Below, one piece after another: positions 17,265 through 20,000 of a stretch of 20,000 nucleotides of DNA; within the stretch, counting starts at the first letter, position 1, and every line of letters starts with the position of its first letter. Below the pieces are notes generated by a model. It was not told the DNA's origin and did not search any database. It saw only the letters and a program-made list of their open reading frames with translations. Both the position numbers and the translations under genes were made by a program. The stretch lies in sequence record DRR723986_3478. One strand, given 5' to 3'.

Positions 17265-17307
17265 AAAGCTCTAAAATACTATTTCCTCCTTAACTTTTTG
17301 TTAAATA

Positions 17308-18069
17308 TTATAAAAAACCGTTTAAGAGTTTAATATCACTGGCAGGAATCCAACCTGTAGAATTATCTGATAACTGTATTTTTTTCCAGTCCTCATAAGA
17401 TTCCAAGACCTGCACCTTAGTACCTTCGTGTAGTCTAAAAACTTCTTCACTTTTTTGATTAGGGTCTGCTTTCACCTTACTTTCTTGTACAAATACAATT
17501 GCTGGTCTATCTTTTTTGTCTAATCTATCTTTTTGAAAAGCCATTAATACTGAGAAAAACGCCATAAATAAGCTTAAAACACTTACAATAAAAGCAATGC
17601 GTTTTCTTGAGGTTGCATAGGCAAAATGATACATTAGAAATAAAAACACAAACAGTATAACTCCTGTAACAGCAGTTTTTGCCCAAGTATCTGCAGTTGC
17701 CGTATTAACAATATTATTTAAGATTCTCCTAAATCCTACTTCAGGTACTTTATCAATAGCATCTACAGTCATATTCTGAGCAAATCTTAAATTGTTTTTT
17801 ATGTCTTCATCATTAGGATCTAGTTGTAACGCTTTTTCATAATAAAATATGCTTGGTGCAATATTATTAAGTTTATAATGGGCATTCCCTAAATTGAAAT
17901 AGAGCTCAGAAGAATGTACACCAGAATTTAAAATAGATTTATAGTTGTCAATAGCTTCTGCATATTTACCATCATTATACAATGAATTTGCTTTCTCAAA
18001 TGCATCATTAGCCTGAGAAAACCCAAGGGATGAAAAACAAATTATGAAAAGAATTAATACTACTCTCAT
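17308..18069 (-). CDS. batE: BatE: TPR plus SH3-domain protein of the Bacteroidota aerotolerance operon
   Basis: Signal peptide, TPR repeats (YFNLGNAHYK, YYEKALQLDP), two TM helices and a C-terminal SH3b-like region (LHEGTKVQV...W...GWI). Directly downstream of batD. Confidence 0.92.
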   Translation of the reverse strand: MRVVLILFIICFSSLGFSQANDAFEKANSLYNDGKYAEAIDNYKSILNSGVHSSELYFNLGNAHYKLNNIAPSIFYYEKALQLDPNDEDIKNNLRFAQNMTVDAIDKVPEVGFRRILNNIVNTATADTWAKTAVTGVILFVFLFLMYHFAYATSRKRIAFIVSVLSLFMAFFSVLMAFQKDRLDKKDRPAIVFVQESKVKADPNQKSEEVFRLHEGTKVQVLESYEDWKKIQLSDNSTGWIPASDIKLLNGFL

Positions 18070-18070
18070 G

Positions 18071-19843
18071 TTACCTTATTTGTTTATCTATTTGAGATAT
18101 TGTCCTTGCAGATTTATCATAATCATTCTGCATCGTCACCTGTGTTATTGGTGTATATCGCGCTAATTCACAACTTTCTAAAATTGAAATAAACTCTTTA
18201 ACAACACTCTCTTCGACATTTCTTTTTAATAACAAACTAGTTATTTTCTCCTTATTAAAATCCCTCGTTTCAATATTTAGTTTAGCCTTTAAATAATTAT
18301 GTAATGCTTTTTCTAAAGCTACATAAAAAGCTTCTTTTTTGCCTAAGGCTTTCTTTGCTTCACTCAAATATTTCTTTGCTAATCGATCTGCTCTTCTTAT
18401 TCGGTTACCAACGACATCTGCATCGCGCTTATCTTTGTTTTTTCTGATAATAATTGCCAGTGGAATAAATAAAAATGGCACTAATAATAGTATCCAAAAT
18501 AAATTAGATTTAAAAAAGTTGGATTCTGAAATATTTGTTAGATCAGCATCGGTTTTAATAAAACTAAACGTATCAGAATTTGGCCTTACCGTTTGCTTTA
18601 TACCCGCATGGTTAGTATTTGAATTATTATTGGCCTTGGCATTAGGACCTTCTATAACATCTATAACAATTTCGTCTGAGCTTATACGCTTATAACTTTT
18701 TGTTTTAATATCAAAATATGAAAAGGACATTGAAGGTATAGGATATTTGCCTTTATATTGTGGCACAATAGTATAGGTATCTGAAATACTGCCTTGCATA
18801 CCAGCCAAATTAGTGCGCACATTTTCTTTATGTTCAGGTTCATAAACCTCCAAAGAACTTGGTACTGTGAGTTTCGGAAGTTCAAAAAGTTTAAGATTTC
18901 CTTTACCTGTAACTTCAATTTTTGCTTGTAACGATTCACCTGCATTTAATTGTGACTTAGACGTTGTAACTTTAAAATCAAAGTCACCAACAGCACCTTT
19001 AAAATCAGCTGGCACATCTGTTTCTGGCAATGGTTTAACATCTATAGTTCTGCTTCCTGCGGTAACAGTCTTAGGCACCTTTGTCATAATAGGGCGACCA
19101 AAAATGTCTGTTCTGTTTGTTGGCACTTCTACCGTTATATCTAAAACAAGAGGTTCTAACTTCAACTTACCTGTTTTTTGAGGATAGAGTACCGTTTTTC
19201 TTAGAACAACATATCTGTAATCTTCACCTTTATACTGACCTTTTTGAATATTTAAACCTTTTATTTCAATATTTTGACTCCAAAAATCATTATATCTTGG
19301 ATTATCTTTTTCTCTCCAATTACTAACACCTGTTTCAGAGGATACGTATAATTTGTAAACCACAGTTATGGCCTCATTTAAATATGGATTTGTTTTAGAA
19401 ACCTCTGCAACCAAATGAATATTCTCAGAGGCAATATCTGATACATCTGAACGACCATTTGGCCTGTCTACTGCTGCTGTAACATTAACCGAAATAGGGA
19501 AGGTTTTATAGGTTTCTCCTTCTATTTCAATAATAGCTTGCTTAATAGTGAATTTTCCGCGTTTTTTTGGTGCTAAAAAATAACTGTAGGTTTTTTTATA
19601 GGTTCGTTTGCCGTTAATCCATTTATTACTTACTGAGGTATTTGGTCCACCAACAACTGTAAAATCACTAAAACTTGGCGGAACAAAGTTGTCGCCATCT
19701 TGATTCATTTCAAAATCAATTCGAAGGCGTTCATTAACTCCTAATTTCTTTTTACTCACCTTAGCCTCAAACTTTACTTGTGCAAATGAAACTGAAGTTA
19801 AGACTAAAAAGAAAGTCAGTAATATGTGAAATCTGTTTTTCAT
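18071..19843 (-). CDS. batD: BatD family protein
   Basis: Signal peptide, repeated beta-sandwich BatD segments (GAVGDF, GKGNL, FSYFD), TM helix near residue 450-470 and a C-terminal CELARYTP region. Lies between batC and batE. Confidence 0.92.
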   Translation of the reverse strand: MKNRFHILLTFFLVLTSVSFAQVKFEAKVSKKKLGVNERLRIDFEMNQDGDNFVPPSFSDFTVVGGPNTSVSNKWINGKRTYKKTYSYFLAPKKRGKFTIKQAIIEIEGETYKTFPISVNVTAAVDRPNGRSDVSDIASENIHLVAEVSKTNPYLNEAITVVYKLYVSSETGVSNWREKDNPRYNDFWSQNIEIKGLNIQKGQYKGEDYRYVVLRKTVLYPQKTGKLKLEPLVLDITVEVPTNRTDIFGRPIMTKVPKTVTAGSRTIDVKPLPETDVPADFKGAVGDFDFKVTTSKSQLNAGESLQAKIEVTGKGNLKLFELPKLTVPSSLEVYEPEHKENVRTNLAGMQGSISDTYTIVPQYKGKYPIPSMSFSYFDIKTKSYKRISSDEIVIDVIEGPNAKANNNSNTNHAGIKQTVRPNSDTFSFIKTDADLTNISESNFFKSNLFWILLLVPFLFIPLAIIIRKNKDKRDADVVGNRIRRADRLAKKYLSEAKKALGKKEAFYVALEKALHNYLKAKLNIETRDFNKEKITSLLLKRNVEESVVKEFISILESCELARYTPITQVTMQNDYDKSARTISQIDKQIR

Positions 19844-19878
19844 GATATTTGAAAAAGTCTGTATTATATGGGTACTAA

Positions 19879-20000
19879 TTACCAGTCTTTCTCTGTTTTT
19901 ACTTTAGCGCCTTTTTGTTTTTCTGCATTAATCTTTTCCTGAACTTTTTGCTCTTGATTTTGCATTGCTTCTAGGATATTTTTAATCTGCTGAGGAGACA
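19879..20000 (-). CDS. batC: BatC C-terminus (partial, runs off the window)
   Basis: Not in the ORF track. Manual translation of the - strand gives ...SPQQIKNILEAMQNQEQKVQEKINAEKQKGAKVKTEKDW*, with the EKDW end typical of BatC, directly upstream of batD. Confidence 0.88.
   Translation of the reverse strand, partial: SPQQIKNILEAMQNQEQKVQEKINAEKQKGAKVKTEKDW

Noticed and set aside
17285-17291. Shine-Dalgarno-like AAGGAGG on the - strand upstream of the 97-aa ORF
   Set aside because: It lies 20 nt from the ATG, too far for a functional SD, and Bacteroidota rarely use SD pairing. Probably chance.
18339-19326. ORFs 18339-18695, 18682-18945, 18867-19181 and 19117-19326 within batD
   Set aside because: Antisense or alternative-frame overlaps of an intact batD. 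No sign of a frameshift or independent function.
1-20000. Mobile elements, CRISPR arrays, tRNA/rRNA genes
   Set aside because: No transposase, integrase or phage-like ORFs and no spaced direct repeats seen. Intergenic gaps are all short and accounted for by promoters or terminators.

Overview
AT-rich, gene-dense chromosomal segment from a Bacteroidota bacterium. The gene content and TAnnTTTG promoter boxes suggest a Flavobacteriaceae member (inferred). Most of it is housekeeping or conserved: 3' part of fbp, a TerB-like gene, mfd-EamA-TlpA-like thioredoxin, a lipoprotein, gpsA, two hypothetical genes, pheS, another hypothetical gene, cvpA and, at the right end, batC (partial)-batD-batE. No mobile element, CRISPR array, tRNA or rRNA is visible. 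The most interesting block is 11900-17264 (- strand), a probable inorganic-carbon uptake cluster: small membrane-anchored ORF -> SulP (short STAS) -> universal stress protein -> BicA-like SulP -> beta-carbonic anhydrase. The leading 97-aa ORF has an N-terminal hydrophobic segment, an acidic EEEENE patch and a C-terminal IFPPP motif. A perfect hairpin lies between it and the first SulP start. This layout resembles a ribosome-arrest (monitoring) leader peptide, here possibly controlling bicarbonate/CO2 uptake; that is a hypothesis. A second signal is a sigma54-like -24/-12 promoter in front of a lipoprotein with an internal tandem duplication.
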